64,000 nt of DNA from an uncultured delta proteobacterium (GCA_963845145.1 CAWJQU010000005.1:32001-96000), one strand, 5' to 3'. Numbered from the stretch's first letter, positions 1 through 10,897 are shown. Notes: generated by a model from the letters alone, not told the origin. Numbers and translations: made by a program.

Positions 1-1130
1 CCGAAACCCAGGGATTTGAGGTCCAGATGGATGAGGTTGCCCCCGGGCGGTCCAATGTTATTGTGACCCATTCGTCCGACCCGGGCGGAAGGGTCCTGAT
101 GTTCGAAGGCCACACAGATGTCGTGACGCCCGGTGATAAATCCGCCTGGACCCATGACCCCTTCGGGGCCGACATCGTTGATGGCCGTATGATCGGCCGT
201 GGAGCGAATGACACCAAAGGCAATCTGGCCGCAATGCTCATCGCCATGGCGGCACTTAAACGTACATCAATGCCGTTGGCCGGCAAAATTATCGGCGGTG
301 TCCTCTGTGATGAAGAGGATCAGATGCTCGGTGTTCAGGATTTTATAAAACGGGGCCATGCCGATAATGTCACCGCGGCCGTTATCTGCGAACCCCAGGA
401 CGGCATGCTCTGCACCTCCCAAAAAGGGGCCATTCGCGCCAGGTTCACCATTACCGGGCGAATGAGTCACGGCGCCATGCCCCTAACGGGACTCAATACC
501 GCCCCCGCCATCGCCCGTCTCATCGATGGATTGAGCGAACTGGAAGCAATTGCCATGGCGGAAACCGGCCCCGACAAACACCTGGGATGGCCCAGTTTTA
601 CACCCACCGTTATTCAGGCTCCCCCGGTCGGAGCCCCCCAACTCAACGTCATGCCGGCCACAGCGATTCTGCTGGTTGACATTCGCACCATACCGGTTCA
701 ATCCCACGATCTACTTCGTCAACAATTGAACACGTTGGCAAAAGACACCCAGGCAAATATTGAAGCGTATTACACCTCCCTCAACCGACGGCTTGGCATA
801 GACCGTGACAATCGTATGAACGTGGATGTTGAATTTTTGACCGACCGGACATGTACCCTCACCGCGATCAATGATCCGGTGGTTCAGGCCGCAGACTGGG
901 CCACGCGAACCGTATGGCAAAAAACACCCCGCTATGGCGGCGTCCCCGGCGCCACCGACGGCACCTTCCTATGGGCGAAAAAAAACATACCCATCATCAC
1001 CATGGGTGCCGGTGATCGGGACGTGCCCCATCAGGTGGACGAATGGGTCGATTTGAACCAACTCATCGATACCGCCAAAATCTATGCATTAACCGCCCTT
1101 CATTATCTCTTTAAAGGGGCTGAAAAGTGA
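1..1130 (+). CDS. M20 family metallo-amidohydrolase (ArgE/DapE-like), 5' end outside window
   Basis: Motifs EGHTDVV, GRGANDTKG, DEE, CEP, SHGAMP, GATDG and PHQVDE. The frame is open upstream of ATG 27 to the window edge (ETQGFEVQ-M). Confidence 0.85.
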   Translation, partial: ETQGFEVQMDEVAPGRSNVIVTHSSDPGGRVLMFEGHTDVVTPGDKSAWTHDPFGADIVDGRMIGRGANDTKGNLAAMLIAMAALKRTSMPLAGKIIGGVLCDEEDQMLGVQDFIKRGHADNVTAAVICEPQDGMLCTSQKGAIRARFTITGRMSHGAMPLTGLNTAPAIARLIDGLSELEAIAMAETGPDKHLGWPSFTPTVIQAPPVGAPQLNVMPATAILLVDIRTIPVQSHDLLRQQLNTLAKDTQANIEAYYTSLNRRLGIDRDNRMNVDVEFLTDRTCTLTAINDPVVQAADWATRTVWQKTPRYGGVPGATDGTFLWAKKNIPIITMGAGDRDVPHQVDEWVDLNQLIDTAKIYALTALHYLFKGAEK

Positions 1131-2113
1131 GCCTTCGGCTTTTGGAGATCGACGGCCTTTGTGTTGATTTCAAAACGCCGGAGGGCATCGCCCGGGCCGT
1201 GGAGGACGTTTCGTTTCATATCGATGCCGGCGAAACCCTGGGGCTGGTCGGCGAATCGGGCTGCGGCAAAAGCGTCACCTCTTTGAGCACCCTGGGGTTA
1301 ATTCCTTCCCCGCCAGGCAAGATTAGCCAGGGCCGTATCCGCTTCAACGGCCGGAACCTGCTAGAATTGAGTGAAGAGTCTTTGCGCCGAATACGGGGTC
1401 GGGATATTGCCATGATTTTTCAGGAGCCCATGACTTCCCTCAACCCCGTATTAACCATCGGCCGCCAAGTAGCCGAACCCTTGATGGTACACCGGCATCT
1501 GACCAAATCGGAAGCCTTACGCCAGGCGTGTGAATGGCTGGAGTATGTCAAAATACCGGCAGCCAAAAAAAGACTTAACGATTTTCCCCATCAATTGTCC
1601 GGTGGCATGCGACAGCGCGTGATGATTGCCATGGCGTTGGTTTGCCATCCCAAGCTCTTGATCGCCGATGAGCCCACCACAGCCGTCGACGTCACCATCC
1701 AATCTCAAATCCTCTCTTTAATGCTTGGCTTAAAGGAGGAGCTGAACATGTCGATGCTTTTGATTACCCATGATTTAGGGGTCATTGCCCAGATGGCCGT
1801 CCGGGTATTGGTCATGTATGCCGGTCAGGTGGTGGAGCAAGCGCCGGTGGCCAAAATTTTTGACCATCCGTTTCACCCTTACACGCGAGGCTTACTACGA
1901 TCCATGCCGACACTGGGAACTCAAAAAACCCGGCTGAATGAGATACCGGGAACCGTGCCGCCTTTAACCGAGAAAATACCCGGCTGTAAATTCGCCCCGC
2001 GCTGCCCCCATACTTTTTCAATCTGCCATAAAAAACGACCGGAGTTGTTTCCGATTACTTCCGGACATCATGCGCGCTGCTGGCTAAAGACGTATCCCGA
2101 CCAAAGAGTTTAA
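1127..2113 (+). CDS. Oligopeptide/dipeptide ABC transporter ATP-binding subunit (DppD/OppD-like)
   Basis: Walker [25 protein letters not shown]-terminal HPYT and [11 protein letters not shown] start overlaps the previous stop. Confidence 0.92.
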   Translation: MSLRLLEIDGLCVDFKTPEGIARAVEDVSFHIDAGETLGLVGESGCGKSVTSLSTLGLIPSPPGKISQGRIRFNGRNLLELSEESLRRIRGRDIAMIFQEPMTSLNPVLTIGRQVAEPLMVHRHLTKSEALRQACEWLEYVKIPAAKKRLNDFPHQLSGGMRQRVMIAMALVCHPKLLIADEPTTAVDVTIQSQILSLMLGLKEELNMSMLLITHDLGVIAQMAVRVLVMYAGQVVEQAPVAKIFDHPFHPYTRGLLRSMPTLGTQKTRLNEIPGTVPPLTEKIPGCKFAPRCPHTFSICHKKRPELFPITSGHHARCWLKTYPDQRV

Positions 2114-2114
2114 C

Positions 2115-3122
2115 ATGTCTTCAGAACTAATTAGGATAGACAACCTATCCAAACACTACCCCATGGGGGGTGGTCTGTTTGCCGGGCCCAGCGCCTGGGT
2201 AAAAGCAGTGGACGGCGTCTCTTTTGCCGTTCACAAGGGTGAAAGCTTTGGCGTTGTGGGCGAATCGGGGTGCGGCAAAACGACACTGGGGCAGATGGTC
2301 GTTCGCCTGCTCGAACCAACCGGAGGGCATATCTACTTTAACGGGGACGATATCACCCATCTTAGCCGCAAGGATTTGCGAACCTATCGGCAAAAACTTC
2401 AAATAATCTTTCAAGATCCCTATTCAAGCCTGGACCCCCGCATGACGGTGGCCTCTATTATCACGGAGCCCCTCTTTGCCCAAGGCAAGCCCACGAAGGA
2501 AAAACGGCACCAAGTCGCCGCCGACCTGTTGAAAAAAGTCGGGCTGCGATCCAACGATCTCAACAAATACCCCCACGAATTTTCCGGCGGGCAACGCCAG
2601 CGAATCGGCATCGCCCGGGCACTTTGCGTTCGGCCGGAACTGATCGTGGCCGATGAGCCGGTTAGCGCTTTGGATGTTTCCATTCAGGCCCAGGTCATCA
2701 ACCTGCTGGATGATCTAAAGGACGATTTCGACCTTTCCTATATTTTCATTTCCCACGATATCAGCGTTGTGGAACATATTTGTGATCGTATCGCAGTCAT
2801 GTATCTGGGCTCTCTGGTGGAAATCGCCCCCACGCAGCATTTTATTGCCAACCGGTGCCACCCGTACTCGGAGGCACTGCTTGCGGCCATTCCGGCCCCC
2901 GATCCCCACCGCCGCATACGCCCCGCCGCCATGGACGGCGACGTACCCAATCCCATCGACCCACCGCCGGGATGCCCCTTTCATCCCCGCTGTGACCGGG
3001 CTTTTGAACCGTGCCGTATGGATAGGCCGAAACTGATTCAGGTAGCAGATAACCATGCTGTGGCCTGCTGGTTAAACAACGGACAGGGAATGACCGTAAA
3101 TCGAAATGGAGGTGGAAAATGA
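2115..3122 (+). CDS. Oligopeptide/dipeptide ABC transporter ATP-binding subunit (DppF/OppF-like)
   Basis: [57 protein letters not shown]. Confidence 0.92.
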   Translation: MSSELIRIDNLSKHYPMGGGLFAGPSAWVKAVDGVSFAVHKGESFGVVGESGCGKTTLGQMVVRLLEPTGGHIYFNGDDITHLSRKDLRTYRQKLQIIFQDPYSSLDPRMTVASIITEPLFAQGKPTKEKRHQVAADLLKKVGLRSNDLNKYPHEFSGGQRQRIGIARALCVRPELIVADEPVSALDVSIQAQVINLLDDLKDDFDLSYIFISHDISVVEHICDRIAVMYLGSLVEIAPTQHFIANRCHPYSEALLAAIPAPDPHRRIRPAAMDGDVPNPIDPPPGCPFHPRCDRAFEPCRMDRPKLIQVADNHAVACWLNNGQGMTVNRNGGGK

Positions 3123-4057
3123 AGATCGCCGTTATCGGCGCGGGCGCTATGGGCAGCCTCTTTGGAGGATTGCTAACCGAAGCCGGCATGAAGGTTTGGC
3201 TGATCGATATCTGGAAAGAGCACGTCGATCGCCTCAATCAAGAGGGACTGACCATTGAGCGTGAAGGGATTGAGCGTATCGTCCGCCCCCGGGCCACAAC
3301 TGATCCCACGACCATCAACCGTGTGGACTTGGCCATTATTTTCGTAAAATCGACCCAAACGGCGGCCGCTGCACAAACCGCCGCAGACCTGATCGGACCG
3401 GATGGTCTGGTGGTGACCTTGCAAAATGGAATGGGCAATGCCGATTTACTGGCAAAAGCCATGCAACCCGGACAAGTATTGGCCGGCACTACTTCCCACG
3501 GCGCAACCCTGCTGGGCCCGGGCCACATACGCCATGCCGGAAGCGGTCCAACCGTTATCGGCCCTTGGCTGGGTGGAGACCTCGCCCCGGCCAGCCGGAT
3601 CGCCGATGTTTTATCCAAGGCCGGTATTGAAACTGAAGTGACTGGAGAGGTTCAAGCCCTGGTCTGGAACAAACTGTTCATTAATATCGGCATTAATGCG
3701 ATTACGGCCTTGACCGGTATTAAAAACGGCCAGATATTGGACCTTGCCGCCACTCGGGATCTCTCCCAAAACGCTGTGGAAGAGGCCCTGGCCGTCGCTC
3801 AGGCAAAAGGGATTCGGATTGAAGAAAATGTGGTGGCGCATGTATTTAAAGTGGCCGAAGCCACGGCGGCCAACCGTTCCTCCATGGGGCAGGATGTAGA
3901 CAGCCACCGCCTGACTGAAATCAGCGCCATCAACGGAGCCGTCGTTCGAGAGGCCCGTCAGTTGGGCTTGGCCACACCGGTTAATGATACCCTGACCGCT
4001 TTGATCCAAACCCTTGAATCCCATTACGACAAAAACGGTGTTAAGATTATACCCTAA
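3119..4057 (+). CDS. panE: 2-dehydropantoate 2-reductase (ketopantoate reductase)
   Basis: N-terminal GAGAMG, FVKS, LQNG, WNKLFIN, SSMGQD, TEISAING. Adjacent to panB. Confidence 0.88.
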   Translation: MKIAVIGAGAMGSLFGGLLTEAGMKVWLIDIWKEHVDRLNQEGLTIEREGIERIVRPRATTDPTTINRVDLAIIFVKSTQTAAAAQTAADLIGPDGLVVTLQNGMGNADLLAKAMQPGQVLAGTTSHGATLLGPGHIRHAGSGPTVIGPWLGGDLAPASRIADVLSKAGIETEVTGEVQALVWNKLFINIGINAITALTGIKNGQILDLAATRDLSQNAVEEALAVAQAKGIRIEENVVAHVFKVAEATAANRSSMGQDVDSHRLTEISAINGAVVREARQLGLATPVNDTLTALIQTLESHYDKNGVKIIP

Positions 4058-4124
4058 CACAACCCATTTAATAGAAATGCCGGGGTGGCAAAATCGCCGA
4101 CCCAACCAATTAAAGGAGTACAAT

Positions 4125-4976
4125 ATGGCAAACCAAAAAGTAACGGTAAAGGATGTTCAGCAGGCCAAGGTCGATGGACGCAAACTGGTGATGGTCACCG
4201 CCTATGATTACCCCTTCGGGTTAATGGCGGACGAAGCGGGCGTTGATATCGTCCTGGTAGGCGATTCCCTGGGGATGGTGGTGATGGGCTTAGACGGTAC
4301 CGTGGCCGTCACCATGGAAAACATGATCCATCATACCAAAGCCGTGATGCGCGGGTGTAAAAATCCCCATGTGGTGGGTGATATGCCCTTTATGAGCTAT
4401 AACACTTCGGTTAGGGAGGCTATTATTAACGCTGGTCGACTGATGAAAGAAGGCGGTTGCGATAGCGTCAAGCTCGAGGGCGGCGTTGATTTTGCGCCTA
4501 CCGTAGCGGCCATCGTCAAAGCGGGTATCCCGGTTCAAGGCCATATCGGGTTGACGCCTCAAACAGCCAGCGCTCTGGGCGGTTTTAAAATGCAGGGCAA
4601 GGATGCTGCTGCCGCTAAAAAAATCATCGATGATGCCAAGGCCCTTGAAGACGCGGGTGTTTTTTCAATGATCATTGAAGCCGTACCGGCACCTTTGGCC
4701 CAACTGGTGGCCGAAGCAGTCAAGGTTCCGGTGATCGGTATCGGCGCGGGTGCCGACGTAGATGGCCAGGTTCTGGTGACCCACGATATGATTGGCCTGT
4801 TCGATAAGTTCGTGCCCAAGTTCGTTAAACAGTACACCAAAATCCGCCCCATTATTTTAGAGGCGCTAAGCGAATACAAAAAAGAAGTGCGCGACACGAC
4901 TTTTCCGGCGGCGGAGCATAGTTTCAGTATGCCCGAAGAGGCCTTGGGTGAACTAAAAAAATTGATAAAAGATTAA
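4125..4976 (+). CDS. panB: 3-methyl-2-oxobutanoate hydroxymethyltransferase
   Basis: TAYDY, LVGDSLG, GDMPFMSY, VKLEGG, GHIGLTPQ, IGIGAG, DGQVLV. Start placed at ATG 4125 after the RBS AAGGAG. Confidence 0.95.
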   Translation: MANQKVTVKDVQQAKVDGRKLVMVTAYDYPFGLMADEAGVDIVLVGDSLGMVVMGLDGTVAVTMENMIHHTKAVMRGCKNPHVVGDMPFMSYNTSVREAIINAGRLMKEGGCDSVKLEGGVDFAPTVAAIVKAGIPVQGHIGLTPQTASALGGFKMQGKDAAAAKKIIDDAKALEDAGVFSMIIEAVPAPLAQLVAEAVKVPVIGIGAGADVDGQVLVTHDMIGLFDKFVPKFVKQYTKIRPIILEALSEYKKEVRDTTFPAAEHSFSMPEEALGELKKLIKD

Positions 4977-4983
4977 GATAAGA

Positions 4984-5814
4984 ATGGATATCATTCATTT
5001 TCTGCAATCATTTCAAAGCGAGGGGGTGACGATCTTTTTCAAGCTCGTCACCCTTTTGGGCAACAAGGAATTTTACATAATCGTTTTGCCGCTGTTTTTT
5101 TGGCTCTGGGATAGAGATAAGGCTGCTCGGTTGGTACTCGTTTTATTACCCTCCGTACTACTCAATTTCTATTTCAAAGAGATATTCCAAACGGCAAGAC
5201 CGGAAGGCGTTGCTTTGATCACACAGGGCGGGTTTTCCTTTCCAAGTGGGCATGCCCAGGGCTCTGCAACCCTATGGCTCATGCTGGCCCTGATGACACG
5301 ACAGAAATGGATGACCATTCTGGCCGGTATTATGATCGCCTTGGTCTCTCTATCACGCTTATACCTCGGCGTGCATTATCCCATCGATGTGTTTGGCGGA
5401 TGTTTGATCGGTGTGGTTCTCGTTCTCATCTATAACAACTACCTTTTTGATGCATTAAAAAGAGCAATTTCTACGCAAACCAAGACAACTCGTGCCGCGG
5501 TATTGACGGTTATCGTTTTATTGTTGACGATAATATACCCTGCCCACGAGGCGATAACCCTACTTGCCGTTCAATGGGGCTTTGCGATGATGCTTATTTT
5601 CTCAAGTGCGACCCATCGATTGCCGCCCAAAGGCATTTTGTTGAAACTATTGATGGTCATTGCAGGAACCACAGTCGTCTTGCTCATATGGAAGGGATTG
5701 AAAGTCATCCTGCCACCCGGGGAGATTACCCGTTTTTTACGCTACGCCTTTATCGGCATTTGGACGGCCACACTTCCGCTACTGATGACCAGACGAAACA
5801 AATCTACCCCTTAA
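4984..5814 (+). CDS. PAP2 family membrane phosphatase
   Basis: K-x6-RP, FPSGHA and SRLYLGVHYP motifs, with multiple hydrophobic segments. Confidence 0.88.
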   Translation: MDIIHFLQSFQSEGVTIFFKLVTLLGNKEFYIIVLPLFFWLWDRDKAARLVLVLLPSVLLNFYFKEIFQTARPEGVALITQGGFSFPSGHAQGSATLWLMLALMTRQKWMTILAGIMIALVSLSRLYLGVHYPIDVFGGCLIGVVLVLIYNNYLFDALKRAISTQTKTTRAAVLTVIVLLLTIIYPAHEAITLLAVQWGFAMMLIFSSATHRLPPKGILLKLLMVIAGTTVVLLIWKGLKVILPPGEITRFLRYAFIGIWTATLPLLMTRRNKSTP

Positions 5815-5822
5815 AATTTTAT

Positions 5823-7169
5823 TTACGGCTTGATGAACCCCCACTGCACCAGCCGTTTATGCGCATACTTGGCCGAATTGCCCTGCTTGACCTGTTGCAG
5901 GTAGCGGTAATACTCCCGGGCAGCGTCTTTGCGGCGACGCATGCCTTCCAGGGCGCGGCCCTTTAAAAAGGCGGTATTGGGATTACCGGGCAATAGCCGG
6001 TCATATTGGTTAAAGCCGGAGAAAGCCGCATCGTATTGTCCCTGCCGAATAGCGGCGATACCGCTGAAATGGTGAGATTGAGCCTCCTGGGGATAGATTT
6101 TTTTGGCTTTATCGGCGTAACGCTTGGCCTGGTTGTTTTTGTTCTGAGCCAAAAGGCACTTGGACATCATCACCAGCCCGGCGTAATCATTGGGGGCTTG
6201 TTTTAATGCATTGCCAAGATGCCCTTCGGCTTGGGGGAACTTCTTTTTCGCCAGGGAAATTTCGGCTTTTTGCATCTTTTCGATAGCACCTTTGATTTTA
6301 CGGAGGCTTGCGGTCATGTCCATGTAACGCTCCCGATGAACCGGGTTTTTCCGGTCAGCGGGATATTTGGATGCTACCCGGCCAACAGCGGTATTATACC
6401 GCTCCGTACTCATGGGATGGGTGGCAAACAGGGTTTGAGAAATACCCGGTTTGTGCTTGGATAGCCCCTTTAACATATCCATTAAGTCGACCATCCCCTG
6501 GGGGCTGTATTTGCTTTTAACCATATACGCCATCCCCAAAGAATCCGCTTCCCGCTCATTATCCCGGCTGTATTTGGCCAGCAGTGCACTGCCGCCAACC
6601 ATGCCGGCTACTTGGGCTAATTGGCCCCACTCTTTTCCCTGGGTGCTTGCCGCAATGGCAACCCCTACCATAAACACCTGGGTGAGGGTGCCTTTGCTCA
6701 TCTGTTCAGCGGTGTGCCGGGCATTGACATGACCCAGCTCGTGCCCCAACAATGCCGCCAATTCCGCTTCACTTTCCATCGTTAATAGAATCCCCCGCGT
6801 GGCAGCGATGCTGCCGCCCGGAAAGGCATAGGCGTTCACATAGGTCGCATTGACGGCCTGAAAGGAATAGGGCATCTGGGGCCGATGGGTGTGGACGGCC
6901 ATCTTTTGACCCATATTTTTTAGATATGATTTCAACTGCCTATCCTGAACAGTCCCATAGTCATTGGAGAACTGATGGGGCGAATGTTTTTTGTCGATCC
7001 CGACTTCATCCTTTTCAGACATGAGCATAAGTTGCGACTTGCCGGTCACAGGATTGGTGGCGCACCCCGCCAAAAGACCGGCAGTGGACATGGAGGTCAG
7101 CCAGATAAAATCACGCCGGGATATTGATCTGTTTTTACCAAAATTGATGGGTTGCCGTGGCTTTTGCAT
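5823..7169 (-). CDS. M48 metalloprotease with TPR repeats (BepA/YfgC-like), predicted Tat-exported lipoprotein
   Basis: SRRDFI twin-Arg motif, LLAGC lipobox, NAYAFPGG, HELGH, YSRDNEREAD, THP and C-terminal TPRs. GGAGGG RBS before ATG 7169. Confidence 0.88.
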   Translation of the reverse strand: MQKPRQPINFGKNRSISRRDFIWLTSMSTAGLLAGCATNPVTGKSQLMLMSEKDEVGIDKKHSPHQFSNDYGTVQDRQLKSYLKNMGQKMAVHTHRPQMPYSFQAVNATYVNAYAFPGGSIAATRGILLTMESEAELAALLGHELGHVNARHTAEQMSKGTLTQVFMVGVAIAASTQGKEWGQLAQVAGMVGGSALLAKYSRDNEREADSLGMAYMVKSKYSPQGMVDLMDMLKGLSKHKPGISQTLFATHPMSTERYNTAVGRVASKYPADRKNPVHRERYMDMTASLRKIKGAIEKMQKAEISLAKKKFPQAEGHLGNALKQAPNDYAGLVMMSKCLLAQNKNNQAKRYADKAKKIYPQEAQSHHFSGIAAIRQGQYDAAFSGFNQYDRLLPGNPNTAFLKGRALEGMRRRKDAAREYYRYLQQVKQGNSAKYAHKRLVQWGFIKP

Positions 7170-7243
7170 GGAATCCCTCCTAATTATATTTATCACAAAC
7201 ACCCGCTCACAGGATGATCAGATCGGTTTTAGAATCGCGGGCG

Positions 7244-7792
7244 TTAGAATTGTCTGGGTTTGCAAATAATCTCGCGAATCCGCAAATCGTAAAAATTATT
7301 CATATGGGCCGGTTTAATCACCAAGGCCGCATCCGCCCCTTTACCCGTACCACCGATAGCGATAATATCGTCTCCGGAAAGCATCCCCGCATCGGCAGCC
7401 ATAACAGCCACCTCCACGGCTACTTTGGTACCCTGACCAAACAATCGTAACGTGTCGGCGATGATCAGCACCGGATAGATGCCCTGGTTTTTCTGAGCCA
7501 ATGACCGCTCTACCCCGGAAAGCGCGTGGGTGGCCGATACAACCGCCGCACCTTTTTGGATCAGCGCCTCTTTCGCGTCATTTGGCAGCCTGTTTTCAAA
7601 CGGTTTTTTAAAGCCACAATGGTAGGTTACGGCCGTTATTTTGCAGCCGCTAAACAGTTCCAGCGCCTTAAACGCCGTGTCACCGGTCGTCGTAGCCACG
7701 ACAATCTCCTTAATTCCCAGGGCTTTTGCCCGCTGGTCGGCTTGATTTAATACGTCTTTTGTGTTCGCCCGCCCGGCTGATTCAAAATGCAT
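7244..7792 (-). CDS. Stand-alone pyruvate kinase alpha/beta (PK_C) domain protein
   Basis: VVATTTGDTA, HALSGVERS, LRLFGQGTKVAVEVAVMAADAG, GGTGKGADAA. Confidence 0.75.
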   Translation of the reverse strand: MHFESAGRANTKDVLNQADQRAKALGIKEIVVATTTGDTAFKALELFSGCKITAVTYHCGFKKPFENRLPNDAKEALIQKGAAVVSATHALSGVERSLAQKNQGIYPVLIIADTLRLFGQGTKVAVEVAVMAADAGMLSGDDIIAIGGTGKGADAALVIKPAHMNNFYDLRIREIICKPRQF

Positions 7793-7960
7793 GGTTGTTT
7801 CCCCAAAATTTAATTTTAGATAATATTTGATGATATTGTATTGAAAATCGAAGGATATGCTAACATAATTTTAAAAAACCGGCAAGGACTATATTTCACT
7901 TTTTATTATTATTTTAGTTGGTTAGATTTAACTGCTTTTTGCGAATCCATCAAGTTTGCA

Positions 7961-8179
7961 ATGGATCTCAAGAAAATCCCGATGAAGGACGTGAAGCGTA
8001 TTCTAACGGCCATCCAGGCGCTAGCGGGCAATCCGCGCCCCCCTCAATCCAAGAAGCTCTCCGGTCAAGAGCGTTATCGTCTGCGACAGGGCAACTATCG
8101 AATACTCTACACAATCGAGGACGACAGACTCATCATCTGCATAGTCAGGGTCGGTGACCGTCGAGATGTCTACAGGTGA
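7961..8179 (+). pseudogene. RelE/ParE family toxin, probably N-terminally truncated, no antitoxin
   Basis: LAGNPRP..KKLSGQERYRLRQGNYRILYTI..VRVGDRRDVYR is a RelE signature. The first beta strand looks absent and upstream DNA is AT-rich non-coding. Confidence 0.7.
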
Positions 8180-8391
8180 GAGAGTCAAACCTGTTGCTGA
8201 GCCATTTTGTGTATCTTCGCTTCCATTCCATGACAAAGTTCCCCCGAAAAATAATGAATTTTAGATACTTCCCTCGCTTTTGGAACTGAATTTGGGGGGA
8301 ACGCCATGTTAACCATGTGGTTGACCATGCACAGATACCAAGATATGTATGACGCCTCATATTAATGACTATCCACCAATGGGTGAAAACC

Positions 8392-9234
8392 ATGATTATC
8401 GATTTCCATACACATATTTTTCCCAAATCCATTCGCCAAGACCGGTCCGCTTTTTTTAACAAGGAATCGGCCTTTAGGTTATTGTATGATTCTCCCAAGT
8501 CAAAGATGGTGGGAGCGAACGATTTGATTCGGGCCATGGATGATGAAGGGGTAGATAAGTCGGTCATATTCGGTTTTCCATGGTGCGTGGAAGCGACCTA
8601 CAAGACGCATAACGATTACATCATGACCGCGATTAGCCGCTATCCAGACCGGCTGGTTGGTTTCGGCTGTTTTGACCCCCTGTCCGCCGGAGCGCCGGCC
8701 GAGACGGCGCGTTGCCTTGAAAATGGATTGTCCGGCATTGGGGAGCTCGGGTATTATAACAGCGGTATCGATGCCAACTGTGTTGAAAAATTAGATGGGG
8801 TCATGGCTCTTTGCCGAGATCATGATGTTCCGGTAATGATCCATACCAATGAGTCGGTGGGACACACCTATTCAGGCAAAACACCCGTTACGCTTGATCA
8901 GATCGATGCTTTAACCCAGGCATTTCCGGATAACATCCTGGTCCTGGCCCATTGGGGCGGCGGATTGTTCTTTTACGCCCTATTAAAAAAAGTGATGAAA
9001 GAGCGTCTGGCCCGGGTCTATTTCGATACTGCGGCGTCACCTTTTCTATACGATGCGTCGGTCTACCGAATTGCCGCCGACATCATAGGCTCTGAGAAAA
9101 TTATTTTTGGCACCGACTACCCCTTGTTAGCGCCCTCCCGGTATTTTTCAGAAATGAAAAAAGCCGGTCTAAATGAAGATGAACTGAAAAACATCTGCTG
9201 CGACAATGCTCTGAAATTATTAAAATTGACATAA
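8392..9234 (+). CDS. Amidohydrolase family protein (Amidohydro_2, TIM barrel)
   Basis: IIDFHTH, GIGEL, MIHTNE, LAHWGGG, YFDTAA, FGTDYP. Confidence 0.85.
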   Translation: MIIDFHTHIFPKSIRQDRSAFFNKESAFRLLYDSPKSKMVGANDLIRAMDDEGVDKSVIFGFPWCVEATYKTHNDYIMTAISRYPDRLVGFGCFDPLSAGAPAETARCLENGLSGIGELGYYNSGIDANCVEKLDGVMALCRDHDVPVMIHTNESVGHTYSGKTPVTLDQIDALTQAFPDNILVLAHWGGGLFFYALLKKVMKERLARVYFDTAASPFLYDASVYRIAADIIGSEKIIFGTDYPLLAPSRYFSEMKKAGLNEDELKNICCDNALKLLKLT

Positions 9235-9263
9235 GGGCCAGATTATTTCAAACCGGATTATTC

Positions 9264-9299
9264 TTGACAAAATACTGGTTTCAATATACGCAATAATAT
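9264..9299 (+). promoter_or_regulatory. Possible sigma70 promoter of sat
   Basis: Perfect TTGACA at 9264-9269 in an AT-rich intergenic region. The -10 element is not clearly spaced. Confidence 0.35.
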
Positions 9300-9405
9300 T
9301 CATTTATGCTTAGAAAAAGATTCGTCTGAAATTATATTTAACCAAAAACTATTTATAATTAACCTAAAACAATGGCATCAAAAACGTGAAAGGAGATCAC
9401 AAAGA

Positions 9406-10680
9406 ATGACACAATTAGTAGCCCCCCATGGCGGCAAAGGCCTTACCTGTTGTTTACTGGAAGGTGCCGAGAAAGACGCCGAGCTGAAAAAGGCCGAAGG
9501 ATTGAAGCAAATTGAGATTTCACCCCGCGTAAAGGGCGACCTCATTATGATGGGTATCGGCGGATTTAGCCCGATCACCAGCTTTATGACCAAAGCGGAC
9601 TGGAAAGGCGTCTGTGATGATTTTCTGATGGCCGACGGAACGTTCTGGCCGGTTCCCGTAACCCTGGACGTATCCAAGGAAGATGCCGACGCCATCAATA
9701 ATGGTGATGAGATCGCCCTGTTCGATCCTGAAGGCAAAGAGATCATGGCCACCATGAAGGTCACCGAAAAATTTGAGCTGACCGATGCGGAAAAAAAATT
9801 CGAGTGCGAAAAAGTTTTCATGGGCGAAGGCACACCGACCTCCGAAGATTTCTGGAAAATCGCCGAAGATGACCATCCCGGCGTCCAGATGGTGATGCAG
9901 CAAAAAGCCTTTAACCTGGCCGGCCCGGTCAAAGTGCTCAGCGAAGGCGAGTACCCCACCGAATTCGCCGATGTGTACCACCGCCCGGCGGAGTCCCGAA
10001 AAATTTTCGAGGATAAGGGCTGGAGTGACGTAGCTGCCCTGCAATTGAGAAACCCCATGCACCGGTCCCACGAGTACCTGTGCAAAATCGCCGTGGAAGT
10101 ATGTGACGGTGTTTACATTCACTCGTTGGTCGGGAACCTCAAACCCGGCGACATTCCCGCCGACGTTCGGGTTAAATGTATTGATTCCCTGGTCAAAAAC
10201 TATTTTGTAGAAGCCAACGTTGTTCAGGGCGGATACCCCCTGGACATGCGCTATGCCGGTCCGCGGGAAGGCCTGTTGCACGCCGTTTTCCGTCAGAACT
10301 ACGGATGCTCCCGCATGATTATCGGCCGCGACCACGCCGGTGTGGGTGACTTCTACGGCATGTTTGAAGCCCAAACCATTTTTGACAAAATCCCTCAACC
10401 GGCTGAAGAAGGTAAGGCGTTGCTTTGTACGCCATTGAAGATCGACTGGACCTTCTACTGTTACAAATGTGACGGCATGGCTTCTTTAAGAACCTGCCCC
10501 CACGGAAAAGATGACCGCGTATTGTTGTCAGGCACCATCCTGCGCAAAATGCTCTCCGAAGGTGGCGAATTACCCGATCACTTCGGCCGCGATGAAGTGG
10601 TTGCAATTTTACGCAAGTACTATGAAGGCCTGACGGAGAAAGTCGAGATCAAAACCCATAAAGCGGCGACCGGTGATTAA
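9406..10680 (+). CDS. sat: Dissimilatory sulfate adenylyltransferase
   Basis: [36 protein letters not shown] and Zn site CYKC..CPH. RBS AAGGAG. Confidence 0.97.
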   Translation: MTQLVAPHGGKGLTCCLLEGAEKDAELKKAEGLKQIEISPRVKGDLIMMGIGGFSPITSFMTKADWKGVCDDFLMADGTFWPVPVTLDVSKEDADAINNGDEIALFDPEGKEIMATMKVTEKFELTDAEKKFECEKVFMGEGTPTSEDFWKIAEDDHPGVQMVMQQKAFNLAGPVKVLSEGEYPTEFADVYHRPAESRKIFEDKGWSDVAALQLRNPMHRSHEYLCKIAVEVCDGVYIHSLVGNLKPGDIPADVRVKCIDSLVKNYFVEANVVQGGYPLDMRYAGPREGLLHAVFRQNYGCSRMIIGRDHAGVGDFYGMFEAQTIFDKIPQPAEEGKALLCTPLKIDWTFYCYKCDGMASLRTCPHGKDDRVLLSGTILRKMLSEGGELPDHFGRDEVVAILRKYYEGLTEKVEIKTHKAATGD

Positions 10681-10712
10681 TACTTAATTACAAGTTATCG
10701 TTTTTTTGTCTT

Positions 10713-10748
10713 AAAAGAGGTGCGTTTCGCAACGCACCTCTTTTTTTT
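10713..10748 (+). terminator. Rho-independent terminator of sat
   Basis: aaaagaggtgcgtt-tcgc-aacgcacctctttt perfect 14-bp stem running into a T8 tract. Confidence 0.9.
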
Positions 10749-10897
10749 GGTCTGTATCCACTGTATCCATTATATCCATGGGTATCTTTATTAGCGCATT
10801 ATGACGCGATATCGTAAACCGCCCACCCGTCAAGCTATTGTTATTAAATAGTCTAGCGGATAAAATAGAGACCGCCGCTAAACCAAGCATACGACAA

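Noticed and set aside
7921..8240. Integron cassette around relE (GTTAGAT core at 7921)
   Set aside because: No matching RYYYAAC...GTTRRRY attC downstream and no integrase. A 7-mer match is expected by chance.
9384..9402. Rex/CRP-like operators near sat (cgtga-N7-tcaca) and upstream of aprB (tgtga-N9-tcaca, 38091-38109)
   Set aside because: Half-site spacing does not fit the N6 consensus, and the sat one coincides with the RBS.
9520..10398. Long antisense ORFs (also 9378-10085, 22852-24045, 31269-32315, 47875-48564)
   Set aside because: They fully overlap well-supported genes on the opposite strand and have no motifs. They are codon-bias shadows.
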